DNA from: Candidatus Aceula lacicola
Lineage (GTDB): Bacteria > Omnitrophota > Gorgyraeia > Zapsychrales > Aceulaceae
Length of the DNA: 64,000 bases
Assembly: GCA_030765785.1 (NCBI GenBank)
Contig: JAVCCC010000032.1
Span: forward strand, 5,787-69,786
Direction of reading: 5' to 3'
Under the pieces are notes generated by a model. That model saw only the letters and a list, made by a program, of their open reading frames with translations. It ran no database searches and was not told where the DNA came from. Below are positions 7,501 to 16,142 of this stretch, piece after piece. Numbering within the stretch: position 1 is the first letter of the stretch; each line of letters begins with the position of its first letter. Made by a program: the position numbers and the translations under genes.

Positions 7501-9246
7501 CTTTTTGATGCATTAAAACGAATTGTTCGAGCTGAATATGGGACATTGGGGGAAATGGGGAAAGAAGGAGGAATTGCCCCTATTTTACCAAACCAGAGAG
7601 AAATCCTTGTTTTGATGCGTAAAGCAGGAGAATTGTGCGGTTATGTTGAAGGAAAAGATTTTGCATATTCGCTTGATATTGCGGCTAGTGAGATGGAAAA
7701 TGCGGCAGAAAAAGCGGGTGAGCCGGGACAGTATCGAATGTTCAAAGACAGAAATCCAGTGAATTTACAGACGGATCAATTAATAGACGTATATGGAGAA
7801 TTAATAAAAGAATTTTGTATTATTTCTATTGAGGATCCTTTTCACGAAGATGATGTGGAAGGGTATACGAAATTTACAAAACTTTACGGAAAGAACGGAA
7901 CACGTCTTGAGGGTCTTCGTTTTCCGATTCAGAAAAAAGGGATACAGATTGTTTTAGATGACATCTCTGCGACGAATCCTATGTTAATTTACGCATTGAA
8001 ACAGGCAGGATGCGGAAATTCTATTTTGATTAAGCTTAATCAAATAGGGACGGTAACTGAAACGATTAATGCCATCAAAATTACGGAAGGCAATGGCGTT
8101 CCATTATTGCAAAAGGAAAAAGATGGTAAAGAATATGCTGATTCCTATGGAACAAAAATTTCACATCGTTCTGGGGAAACTGAGGACACCCTTCTTGGAG
8201 ATTTTGTTGTTGGAATGGGTGGTGGCCAGCTTAAAACCGGATCGGTAAATCGATCAGATAGAATGGGAAAATACAATCGATTGAAGAAAATAGCACATTT
8301 TTTAGAAGCGAATGTGGCCAAGAAGCGATCGTTATTAATTAAGCCGAAAGGTGAAATTATCATTACGGATGCTTTGGCAACAGATACCTATGATTCTAAT
8401 GGGAATCCGACAGTAACGCTTGAACTTTATTTTTCTAATGGCAGTAAGCAGGAAGCAACGGTTCCTTCTGGAGCTTCAACTGGTAAAAGAGAAGCTCAAG
8501 AATTGCGAGATGGTGACAAAGAACACCATCGAGGAAAAGGAACTAAGAAAGCGACAAAAAATGCTGCAGACTTGGCGGAGAAAATATTAGTAGGAAAGAA
8601 GCTTTCAGAGCTGAACCAATTTGATGTTGATCAGGCTATGCTGAGAGACGAGTTAGAAAAAGGGAAAGTAAACAATTATCAAGAAATTAAAAAAAGAGGA
8701 AAAAATCCTATTATTAATTTAGAGCGAGATGAATATTTAAATACGGTTGAGCAACAGCTTTATAAAACAGAGAATGGGGCTAATGCAATGTTGGCTGTGT
8801 CTATGGCGTTTGCGAGAGCTAAGGCATATTCTGAAGGACTTGAGCTATTTCAATATTTTGCCGAATTGAAGAAAGAGCCAATGAGGCAGGATGAATTGTA
8901 TGGTGTAAAGGTTCATTTTAATCCTCTTGATGCGAATGTTGTCTCCTCTGGAATACCTACAAATGTAAAAACATTAGATAGATCAGTATCTTTTCCACCT
9001 GTTGCCAGCGTTGGCGCAATCGACAACAATGAATCTCTTGGTGGTATTAGCATGAATTCTGGATTATTGGATCTTCAAATCAAGAGAGATAGCGCAGGTT
9101 CACCGCTTCCAATCAGTCAGCAACCGATTATGAATATGAATATTCAAGGGTTTAAATTTAATATTATGACAATTACGCCAATTACAACAACGTTGCCGAT
9201 GTATTTGGGGATGAGTGATGGTGATTTGTCGATTGCAATGTTGTAA
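4558..9246 (+). CDS. Large secreted modular protein: signal peptide + conserved carrier module + HExxH/TM segment + circularly permuted enolase + conserved C-terminal tail
   Basis: AAGGAG RBS; Sec-like leader ending AQA|Q; N-module paralogous to ORF 3-4202; HELGH; enolase motifs INGGKHSD, LDIAASE, IEDP, LIKLNQIG, SHRSGETED and QLKTG, followed by DSNGNPTV, PSGASTG and GANAMLAVS. Confidence 0.9.
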   Translation: MISTFEARKSTFSYKALCAFVAFAFFATMVIFPNTAQAQGVASLPAPGTMIGMTPAFAPPIIKGVQIDPQHPFQFNFVLDTGDDHVSGKKLEREADKLIKYFLAAITVPDEDLWVNLSPYEQDRIVPEEFGKTEMGRDLLAQDYILKQFTASLIYPEDELGKTFWDRVYKKAYEKYGTTDIPVNTFNKVWVIPETAVVYEHEGTSAFVVERHLKVMLEEDYLALSNNLNNEKIGTSLQGEAESKDVNSISSEIVREILIPEIEKEVNFGKNFANLRQIYNAMILSTWYKRQLRESVFAGAYANKNKVSGVDIADKAQAQKIYNQYLEAFKKGVCDYIKVEQDSQTGRNIPRKYFSGGSKHVSKNVRVKKNLSSLTSRQAGEFSASAGPLAVVKGFADPANIKSAGERAVLGYRGAKDDVSGSPIVVDDIDGKDEYVLQVGSEGVFVKDKNWVQFIGKRLRPIQALEKAIDVFLSKHFSKIDYESIVLQWDRAQTRLDGVDVVSLSQGKIDQISESLKKASKRSQSLDTDFKIMMDNLKFYQDRLEKIVGDLAYEVSNGKKVSEINSNDLLRKAREGEKDTKILDESGLTKLFRKVSGFLRLEQFTAINVAVSLHSMLLKFAGTDAPGWQWALWALATFSVTTIIHELGHWYQGQKSNTLTLEEIPFKIIRDSGKIKDSLLLKYYKNQSVLKQSIEEKMLKDKLFKEEVEDFVKGLEFKSVSGDKLIFDVSEIDKKLSDGKKEKFFEYFEKDSWLMDSKKEHEMRTGMANYWEKTKLINRLKRHDIIKGSKWIPEWLTFNARGLQVNFSRTTLQNLAYGPLFSAWMTGGAIAVLLASLIVPGLATTWVPGLALTTVVIGLFNSIFADNSALLDLIKEKRLDRARKKAVKAGVGKEEAKTIDVDLLVKGKDGKMRSWSMMNPEDIRSIVRYDEKKNVYVLPAMIHCNVINGGKHSDGSATFQEWMYLPLGSESVDEALEKLTDLFDALKRIVRAEYGTLGEMGKEGGIAPILPNQREILVLMRKAGELCGYVEGKDFAYSLDIAASEMENAAEKAGEPGQYRMFKDRNPVNLQTDQLIDVYGELIKEFCIISIEDPFHEDDVEGYTKFTKLYGKNGTRLEGLRFPIQKKGIQIVLDDISATNPMLIYALKQAGCGNSILIKLNQIGTVTETINAIKITEGNGVPLLQKEKDGKEYADSYGTKISHRSGETEDTLLGDFVVGMGGGQLKTGSVNRSDRMGKYNRLKKIAHFLEANVAKKRSLLIKPKGEIIITDALATDTYDSNGNPTVTLELYFSNGSKQEATVPSGASTGKREAQELRDGDKEHHRGKGTKKATKNAADLAEKILVGKKLSELNQFDVDQAMLRDELEKGKVNNYQEIKKRGKNPIINLERDEYLNTVEQQLYKTENGANAMLAVSMAFARAKAYSEGLELFQYFAELKKEPMRQDELYGVKVHFNPLDANVVSSGIPTNVKTLDRSVSFPPVASVGAIDNNESLGGISMNSGLLDLQIKRDSAGSPLPISQQPIMNMNIQGFKFNIMTITPITTTLPMYLGMSDGDLSIAML

Positions 9247-9270
9247 GATTTGATAGTTTAGTAATGTTTT

Positions 9271-9306
9271 AAAGGCCGCTGCTTAGCAGTGGCCTTTTTA
9301 TTTTTT
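9271..9306 (+). terminator. Rho-independent terminator
   Basis: Hairpin AAAGGCCGCTGC-TTA-GCAGTGGCCTTT followed by a T-rich tract, 25 bp after the stop at 9246. Confidence 0.8.
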
Positions 9307-9310
9307 ACCT

Positions 9311-9339
9311 TTTACCCGATACCGTTTTTCTGCTACAAT
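9311..9339 (+). promoter_or_regulatory. Putative sigma70 promoter for aroK (TTTACC-17 bp-TACAAT, extended -10)
   Basis: TGcTACAAT at 9331-9339, 6 bp before the ATG at 9346; no SD sequence is visible. Confidence 0.45.
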
Positions 9340-9345
9340 CCAACT

Positions 9346-9852
9346 ATGGAGAAAAACATTGCACTCGTTGGTTTCATGGGGTCAGGAAAGTCTGTTGTGG
9401 CCAAGCTCTTGGCCAAACAGCTTGGGCGTAAGCTTATCAGCACGGATCAGTTAATTGTTGAACGCGAAAGAATGGAGATTACGGATATTTTTTCGATTAA
9501 GGGAGAAAAATATTTTCGTGATGTTGAAGAAGATGTTGTCTTTGAGGTAAGTCAAGGCGAAGGACTTGTGATTGATTGCGGGGGCGGTGTTGTTTTAAGA
9601 GAACAGAATATAAATAATTTGCACTATAGAAGTATTATTGTTTATTTGAAAACCTCTTCAGAGGCTATCTATAGCCGGATTAAAGATCAGATGCATCGGC
9701 CGCTTTTAAATGTGGAAGATCCAAAATCTAAAATTGATGAATTGATTGCTCCACGCTTATCGTTTTATGAGAAAGCAAACTTGACTGTTGACACGTCTAA
9801 GAAAACAATTGATTTTGTCGTCGATGAAATTATAAAAAGTATTTCTCAATGA
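9346..9852 (+). CDS. aroK: Shikimate kinase
   Basis: NIALVGFMGSGKS P-loop, GEKYFR, CGGGVV, RPLL. Start moved to the ATG at 9346 because the upstream extension overlaps the terminator. Confidence 0.93.
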   Translation: MEKNIALVGFMGSGKSVVAKLLAKQLGRKLISTDQLIVERERMEITDIFSIKGEKYFRDVEEDVVFEVSQGEGLVIDCGGGVVLREQNINNLHYRSIIVYLKTSSEAIYSRIKDQMHRPLLNVEDPKSKIDELIAPRLSFYEKANLTVDTSKKTIDFVVDEIIKSISQ

Positions 9853-10949
9853 CCGAACTTGATTCTCTCGTTATTCTAAATGCCATTTCTGGTCTTGGTC
9901 CAATTCGAATTAAAGAATTATTATCTTATTTTTCATCTGCCAAAGAAGTTTTATCAGCTTCTAAAAAAGAAATTCTTTCCTTAAAGCGTATTCCGGAAAA
10001 TGTGGTAAAGAATATTTTAGAATTTAGACAAGATGAATTTCTAGAAAAAGAACATGCTTTAATTAAAAAACACGATGTTAATATTTGCGTGATCTCCCAA
10101 AAGCAATTTCCAAAAAATTTAAAAAATATTATTGATTCTCCGATTGTTCTTTATGTCAAAGGAACGTTTGATCCTGTGGATGCAAATGCGGTTTCGATTG
10201 TTGGTTCTCGACGAGCTTCGATTTATGGAATATCCATGGCAGAAAAATTTTCTATGCAGCTTTCCGATTTTGGTATCACCGTGGTATCTGGGATGGCACG
10301 GGGAATTGATTCGGCAGCTCACAGAGGAGCTCTGCGTGCCAAAGGAAGGACAATTGCCGTTTTGGGAAGTGGGATCGCACACATCTATCCTCCAGAAAAC
10401 AAAGAATTAGCGCAAAGCATTTCAGGAAGCGGTGCCGTTATATCTGAGTTTCCAATGACGACAAAACCTTTAGCTGTAAATTTTCCAAGACGAAATCGCA
10501 TCGTAAGCGGATTGTCTCTTGGCGTTATCGTGGTTGAGGCTGCTAAAAGAAGTGGTGCGCTCATCACAAGTGATTTTGCGCTTGAGCAGGGAAGAGAAGT
10601 TTTTGCGATTCCAGGAAAAGTAGATATGCCAAGCGCTCAAGGTACGAATAATCTTATAAAGCAAGGCGCAAAACTTGTTACTTCAGTTGAAGACATTTTA
10701 GAGGAGCTTCAGGTGGATCTTAAAAACGCTCGAGTAAAAATAATTGAAAGTAATGATCAAATTTCTCTAAAAGAGCTTAGTGATGTTGAACAAAAGATTT
10801 TTGGTCAAATTTCTTCTAAAGCTCTTCATTTAGATCAAATTCTAGAAAAAACAGGGCTTTCCATCTCTCAGATATCCTTAGGATTGCTTAGCCTAGAGCT
10901 AAAGCGGCTTATTAAGCAATTGCCCGGAAAACTGTTTGTCAGAACTTAA
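9849..10949 (+). CDS. dprA: DNA-processing protein DprA
   Basis: IVGSRRAS, VSGMARGID, FPRRNRIVSGLS, SGALIT, GREVFAIPG, C-terminal winged helix. Confidence 0.95.
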   Translation: MTELDSLVILNAISGLGPIRIKELLSYFSSAKEVLSASKKEILSLKRIPENVVKNILEFRQDEFLEKEHALIKKHDVNICVISQKQFPKNLKNIIDSPIVLYVKGTFDPVDANAVSIVGSRRASIYGISMAEKFSMQLSDFGITVVSGMARGIDSAAHRGALRAKGRTIAVLGSGIAHIYPPENKELAQSISGSGAVISEFPMTTKPLAVNFPRRNRIVSGLSLGVIVVEAAKRSGALITSDFALEQGREVFAIPGKVDMPSAQGTNNLIKQGAKLVTSVEDILEELQVDLKNARVKIIESNDQISLKELSDVEQKIFGQISSKALHLDQILEKTGLSISQISLGLLSLELKRLIKQLPGKLFVRT

Positions 10950-11003
10950 AAATCCTATATAATAGTCCTACTTATATTAATATGTATACACTAAAGGATT
11001 ATT

Positions 11004-12956
11004 ATGGCAAATTCACTTGTTGTTGTTGAATCTCCTGCAAAGGTCAAAACGATTAATAAAATCCTAGGCAAGAGCTTTAAAGTTGTCTCTTCGATGGGGC
11101 ATTTAATCGACCTTCCTAAGTCAACGCTTGGTATCGATGTTGAAGACAACTTTAAGCCTAAGTTGATTATTATTCGTAGTAAGCAAAAATTTTTAAAAGC
11201 CCTTAAGAAAGAAGCTTTAAAAAAGAAAAATATCTATATTGCCACTGACCCTGATCGTGAGGGAGAGGCAATTGGATGGAATCTTGCTAAGGAAATTGGC
11301 GAAGGGAAAAAGGTCTATCGCGTGACATTCCACGAGATTACCAAGGACGCTGTTTTGAAGGCATTTGATCATGTGCGTGAATTTGATGAAAAGAAAATTG
11401 ATGCACAAATAGCGCGTCGTGTTTTAGATCGATTAGTGGGATATCAGCTTAGTCCGCTGCTTTGGAAAAAAGTTGGTTCGGGCTTAAGTGCTGGACGTGT
11501 TCAATCTGTCGCGCTCAGGCTTATTGTTGAGCGTGATCGCGCCATCACTGCCTTTAATCCTCAAGAATATTGGCAGATGTCTGTTGATCTAAGAAAGACT
11601 GATAGTCAAGATATTTTAAATGCTTCGTTAGATAAGATTGATGGAGAAAGAATTGATTTAAAAAGTAAAGAAGAAACTGATCAAATTGTTAATGAGGTTA
11701 AGCAACAACAATTTTCTATTTCAGATGTAACCGAAAAAGAAGTGCGGCGAAACGCATTGCCACCTTTTATTACGAGTACTCTTCAGCAGGAAGCATTTAA
11801 CAAGCTCAATTTTAATACAAGCCGAACAATGATGGTCGCTCAGCAACTTTATGAAGGCGTTGACCTTGGTGACGGAGAGACAATCGGTTTGATTACATAT
11901 ATGCGTACAGATTCTGTCAATATTGCTGATGAAGCCAAAAAAAGAGTCCGCGATTTAATTCAACAGCAATACGGCGAAGCGTATTTGCCAGAAAAGCCTA
12001 GCGAATATAAATCAAAAAAACGGGCACAAGAAGCTCATGAGGCGATTCGCCCATCCGATGTTTTTAGAAAACCAGAGGACATGCGGTCTTTCTTGACAGA
12101 GGAGCAGTATAAAATTTACGAGTTGATTTGGCGAAGATTTGTGAGTTGTCAAATGACACCAGCTGTTTATCTTCAAAAAAGAATTTTAATTAGTGCCGGA
12201 AAATTTGATTTTAGCGCATCAGCTTCTAGTTTAAAATTTGATGGATGTCTCGCCTTAGATCAGAGTTCAAAAGATAAAGATTCTGAATTGGATCTTTCTC
12301 AATTCAAAAAAGAGGATGCGCTTGATTTGGCTGATGTTTATCCCACGCAGCATTTTACAAAATCTCCGCCACGTTATTCTGAAGCTACGCTTGTTCGTGC
12401 GATGGAAGAAGGCGGCATAGGTCGACCGAGTACATATGCGCCGATTATTAAAACACTTGTTATGCGTAATTATGTATATCGCGAAAATGGATATTTTAGT
12501 TCAACAGAGTTAGGCTTTACCATCATAGATCTTCTTGTTGAGTATTTTCCGAGAATTATGGATATTAGTTTTACGGCGACCATGGAAGAGCGTCTTGATT
12601 TGATTGAAGATGGTGAGCTTGATTATGCGAAACTTTTAAATGAGTTTTATGCGCCTTTCAAAGAAGAGCTTGATTATGCGACAGAGAATATTGAAAAGAT
12701 TACAACTTTAACTGATCATAAATGTCCTGAATGTCAGAAACCTTTAGCTATCAAATGGGGACGCAATGGAAAATTTTTAAGCTGTTCAGGATTTCCAGAA
12801 TGTAAGCACTCACAATCATTTCTAACGGGGGTTAAGTGTCCTGAAGAAAATTGTGAAGGGGAATTAGTTGAGCGGCGTTCTCGAAGAGGGACGACTTTTT
12901 ATGGGTGTAGTCGATACCCTGAGTGTACGTTTACTAGCAGGCAATTGCCTAAATAA
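11004..12956 (+). CDS. topA: DNA topoisomerase I
   Basis: VVESPAK, ATDPDREGEAI, SAGRVQS, ITYMRTDS, QEAHEAIRP, C-terminal Zn ribbons. Confidence 0.97.
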   Translation: MANSLVVVESPAKVKTINKILGKSFKVVSSMGHLIDLPKSTLGIDVEDNFKPKLIIIRSKQKFLKALKKEALKKKNIYIATDPDREGEAIGWNLAKEIGEGKKVYRVTFHEITKDAVLKAFDHVREFDEKKIDAQIARRVLDRLVGYQLSPLLWKKVGSGLSAGRVQSVALRLIVERDRAITAFNPQEYWQMSVDLRKTDSQDILNASLDKIDGERIDLKSKEETDQIVNEVKQQQFSISDVTEKEVRRNALPPFITSTLQQEAFNKLNFNTSRTMMVAQQLYEGVDLGDGETIGLITYMRTDSVNIADEAKKRVRDLIQQQYGEAYLPEKPSEYKSKKRAQEAHEAIRPSDVFRKPEDMRSFLTEEQYKIYELIWRRFVSCQMTPAVYLQKRILISAGKFDFSASASSLKFDGCLALDQSSKDKDSELDLSQFKKEDALDLADVYPTQHFTKSPPRYSEATLVRAMEEGGIGRPSTYAPIIKTLVMRNYVYRENGYFSSTELGFTIIDLLVEYFPRIMDISFTATMEERLDLIEDGELDYAKLLNEFYAPFKEELDYATENIEKITTLTDHKCPECQKPLAIKWGRNGKFLSCSGFPECKHSQSFLTGVKCPEENCEGELVERRSRRGTTFYGCSRYPECTFTSRQLPK

Positions 12957-12967
12957 TACGAGATTAT

Positions 12968-13828
12968 ATGAATAGATATGTTGAAAAGTTTTTGTCATAT
13001 CTTGATATTGAGAAAAATTATTCAAAACACACGATTTTAAATTATAAAATTGACCTAGAAGAGTTTTTTATTTTTTTGAAAGATACATCTATAGAGAGAG
13101 TTGATTATTTTCATCTGAGACGTTATTTGGCAAATCTGCGTACAAGGGAGTTTAAGCCAAGGACAGTGGCGCGTAAGCTTTCGGCTTTGAGAAGTTTTTT
13201 TAAATTTATTTATCGCGAAGGATTGATAGGAAAGAATCCTGCCACTCTTTTGATGACGCCAAAGCTGGATAAAAAATTACCACAATTTTTATCCGAAAAA
13301 GATGTTGAGCGCTTAATAGAGGGACCAAAAGAAAAAGATGAGCCAAATCTTCGAGACCGCGCTATTTTAGAAACACTTTATAGCACAGGTATGCGCGTTA
13401 GCGAACTTGTCTCTTTGGATTTAAATCGAGTTGATTTTATTAGCAATATTGTCAAGGTGGCAGGAAAAGGAAAAAAAGAACGTCTTATTCCTATAGGTGA
13501 AACAGCACTTAAAGTGATTCGAGAATATGTTGATAAAAGAAAGAATAAATCAGAAGCAGTTTTTTTAAATCTGAGAGGTGCGCGTCTGACAGATCGAAGC
13601 GTGCGCAATATTGTTGATAAGCATATTCGTCAGGCAAGCATTCAAAGCAAGATTTCTCCGCATGCATTAAGACATTCGTTTGCAACACATCTTTTAAATG
13701 CGGGAGCAGATTTACGTGCTGTGCAGGAGTTGTTAGGACACGTGAATCTATCAACGACCCAAATTTATACCCATATGACTACAGAGAAGCTTAAAAAAGT
13801 TTATGATAACGCGCACCCGAGAGCATGA
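12968..13828 (+). CDS. xerC: Tyrosine recombinase XerC
   Basis: RDRAILETLYSTGMRVSEL, HALRHSFATH, LLGH..TTQIYTH; canonical dprA-topA-xerC context. Confidence 0.85.
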   Translation: MNRYVEKFLSYLDIEKNYSKHTILNYKIDLEEFFIFLKDTSIERVDYFHLRRYLANLRTREFKPRTVARKLSALRSFFKFIYREGLIGKNPATLLMTPKLDKKLPQFLSEKDVERLIEGPKEKDEPNLRDRAILETLYSTGMRVSELVSLDLNRVDFISNIVKVAGKGKKERLIPIGETALKVIREYVDKRKNKSEAVFLNLRGARLTDRSVRNIVDKHIRQASIQSKISPHALRHSFATHLLNAGADLRAVQELLGHVNLSTTQIYTHMTTEKLKKVYDNAHPRA

Positions 13829-15090
13829 TGACCATATTATATAATTTAGCATTTTTTATTTTTTCAATTGTTTATTTGCCATATCTTTTGATTAAACGTA
13901 AATGGCATAAAGATTTTTCAATGCGTTTTGGATTTCTTAAAGATTTAGAAACTTCAAGCGCACCTCGTATCTGGATTCATGCTGTAAGCGTAGGTGAGGT
14001 TGTGGTGATCAAAAATCTTTTGGATGAAATTCGCCAAAGATATCCTGAGAATCCTATTGTGATTTCCGTTGTCACTCAAACAGGCTTTGAAATGGCACAA
14101 AAGATTTCAAGCCAAGAGGATCAGGTTATTTATGCGCCTTTAGATTTTAGTTTGTCAGTGCGCCGATACATTGATGCGATTAATCCGAGGATCTATATTA
14201 ATGCTGAGACAGAGATTTGGCCAAATTTATTGACGCAATTGCATCGTCGCGGTGTCCCTATTGTTCAGATCAATGGACGCATTTCTGATCGAGCGTTTAA
14301 AGGATATCGATTTTTAAAGTCAGCGATTAGTCCAGTCCTTAATTATATTAGTTTTTTTTGTATGCAAAGCGATCTTGATGCTAGTCGAATTAAAGAGCTT
14401 GGGGCATCTCAAAAGCGTATCGAAGTCGTTGGCAATATGAAGTTTGATGATATCTTAGATTCTAATCAAAAAGAACTTCCAAATTCAATTGTTGATGACA
14501 TTGAAGAGTTTTTTGTAGCTGGAAGCACGCATCCAGGTGAAGAAGAGATTATTTTAGATATTTTTAAGAAAACTAAAAGTCGTTTTGAGAATTTGCGTCT
14601 CATCATCGCTCCTAGACATCCTGAGCGCGCCAATGAGATTGTTGAGTTGGTTCAAAGAAAAGGATTCAGGGCGGTTAAATTTTCTCAGATGTACGATTTG
14701 ATTATGGATCAAGAAACAGTTGTTGTGGTTGATACTATCGGACACTTGCGCTCATTGTATCGATTGGCAAAAGTTGTTTTTGTGGGCAAGAGTTTGACGG
14801 TGCAAGGGGGTCACAATATTATTGAGCCTGCGTATTTTGAGAAACCGATTATTATCGGTCCTTATATGCAGAATTTTAAAGATATTACAGCGTTATTTCT
14901 ACAAAACAATGCCATTGTTCAAGTAAAAGATAAAAAGGAATTTGGAAAAGAGCTTGAACATCTTCTGGGGGATTCGGTGCTTTGTGAAGAACTTGGCGTG
15001 AGAGCAAGAGAGGTTATTGAGCAGTACCGAGGGGCAAGCGAAAAGACGTTCGACATGATTTCAATTATTTTGAGTAAGGCTAAGGAATGA
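13825..15090 (+). CDS. waaA: 3-deoxy-D-manno-octulosonate (Kdo) transferase
   Basis: IWIHAVSVGE, ETEIWPN, GNMKFD, AGSTHPGEE, APRHPER, GGHNIIEPA. Confidence 0.95.
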   Translation: MMTILYNLAFFIFSIVYLPYLLIKRKWHKDFSMRFGFLKDLETSSAPRIWIHAVSVGEVVVIKNLLDEIRQRYPENPIVISVVTQTGFEMAQKISSQEDQVIYAPLDFSLSVRRYIDAINPRIYINAETEIWPNLLTQLHRRGVPIVQINGRISDRAFKGYRFLKSAISPVLNYISFFCMQSDLDASRIKELGASQKRIEVVGNMKFDDILDSNQKELPNSIVDDIEEFFVAGSTHPGEEEIILDIFKKTKSRFENLRLIIAPRHPERANEIVELVQRKGFRAVKFSQMYDLIMDQETVVVVDTIGHLRSLYRLAKVVFVGKSLTVQGGHNIIEPAYFEKPIIIGPYMQNFKDITALFLQNNAIVQVKDKKEFGKELEHLLGDSVLCEELGVRAREVIEQYRGASEKTFDMISIILSKAKE

Positions 15091-16142
15091 AGAAATATCT
15101 TTATGAACTTATGACAGATCAGCGTAAAGATTGGCTAGCGCAAATCTTTAAGATCGTTTTGTTGGTTTTGTCTTTTTTGTATTGGGCGGGAATCAAAATA
15201 ATTTTATGGATGTATCGTCAAAAGATTTTAAAGACAAAACGGTTGCCAAAGCCTGTTATTAGCGTCGGCAACATTACCATTGGTGGTGTTGGCAAAACGC
15301 CTTTAGTTCGTTTGATTGCAACAATGTTTCAATATCACAGCCTTAAGCCTGTGATATTGACTCGAGGTTATATGGCAAAGGGTACGGGTTCGGACGAAGC
15401 TGAGATGCTTAGAAGCCAACTAAAGGATGTTCCTATTTTAGTCGGAGCTAATCGATATCAGGTAGCTCAAGATTTTTTAAGAGCGAACAGAGCCGATATT
15501 TTTATTTTAGATGATGGATTTCAGCATTGGTCGCTTCTTAGAAATTTTAACATTGTTGCGATTGACTCAACGCGTCCGTTTGGAAATCTTTTTTTAATTC
15601 CGCGTGGAATTTTGCGTGAACCAATGGATTCATTGAAGCGAGCAGATATTTTTATTCTGACAAAAACAGATTTGGGAAAAGAGAATATAAAGAAAATTTG
15701 CCAGAAGATAAAGCAATTTCAGCCTGCAGCGGTTATTGTAGAGACAGTACATAATCCTGTGGCTTTAATTAATATTAACAATTCTGGAGACAGACGGGAC
15801 ACGTCTGCTATTTCGGGTCATTTGGCATGTCTTTTTTCAGGCATCGGAGATCCTCGATCTTTTGAAGGAAGCGTCGAATCTCTCAGGGTTGATATTAAAA
15901 AACATTTTATTTTTATGGATCATCATTGTTATTCTAAAGATGACATTGAGCGCATTGTTCATTATTGTCGAGTTCACAATATTAAAACATTAATTACAAC
16001 ACAAAAAGATGCTGCTCGATTGCCTGGGTTATTGCATTTATTCTCAAGGGAATTGAATGTTTTTATTTTGGAAATTGAGATGAAAATTTTGAAAGGAGAG
16101 CAAGATCTTGAAAAGCGAATTTTCTATTTTCTGGATCGTTAA
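15087..16142 (+). CDS. lpxK: Tetraacyldisaccharide 4'-kinase
   Basis: VISVGNITIGGVGKTP, LTRGY, LDDGFQH, PRGILREP, TTQKDAAR. Confidence 0.95.
   Translation: MKKYLYELMTDQRKDWLAQIFKIVLLVLSFLYWAGIKIILWMYRQKILKTKRLPKPVISVGNITIGGVGKTPLVRLIATMFQYHSLKPVILTRGYMAKGTGSDEAEMLRSQLKDVPILVGANRYQVAQDFLRANRADIFILDDGFQHWSLLRNFNIVAIDSTRPFGNLFLIPRGILREPMDSLKRADIFILTKTDLGKENIKKICQKIKQFQPAAVIVETVHNPVALININNSGDRRDTSAISGHLACLFSGIGDPRSFEGSVESLRVDIKKHFIFMDHHCYSKDDIERIVHYCRVHNIKTLITTQKDAARLPGLLHLFSRELNVFILEIEMKILKGEQDLEKRIFYFLDR

Noticed and set aside
4558-9246. Calling this gene the housekeeping eno
   Set aside because: The signal peptide, the 900+ aa N-terminal extension, the TM segments and the permuted domain order are incompatible with an ordinary cytoplasmic enolase.
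9289-9345. N-terminal extension of aroK
   Set aside because: It overlaps the terminator and predicted promoter; shikimate kinase homology starts at the ATG at 9346.
12968-13828. Tyrosine recombinase as a phage or island integrase
   Set aside because: Size, motifs and the dprA-topA context fit chromosomal XerC; no att sites or mobile genes are nearby.
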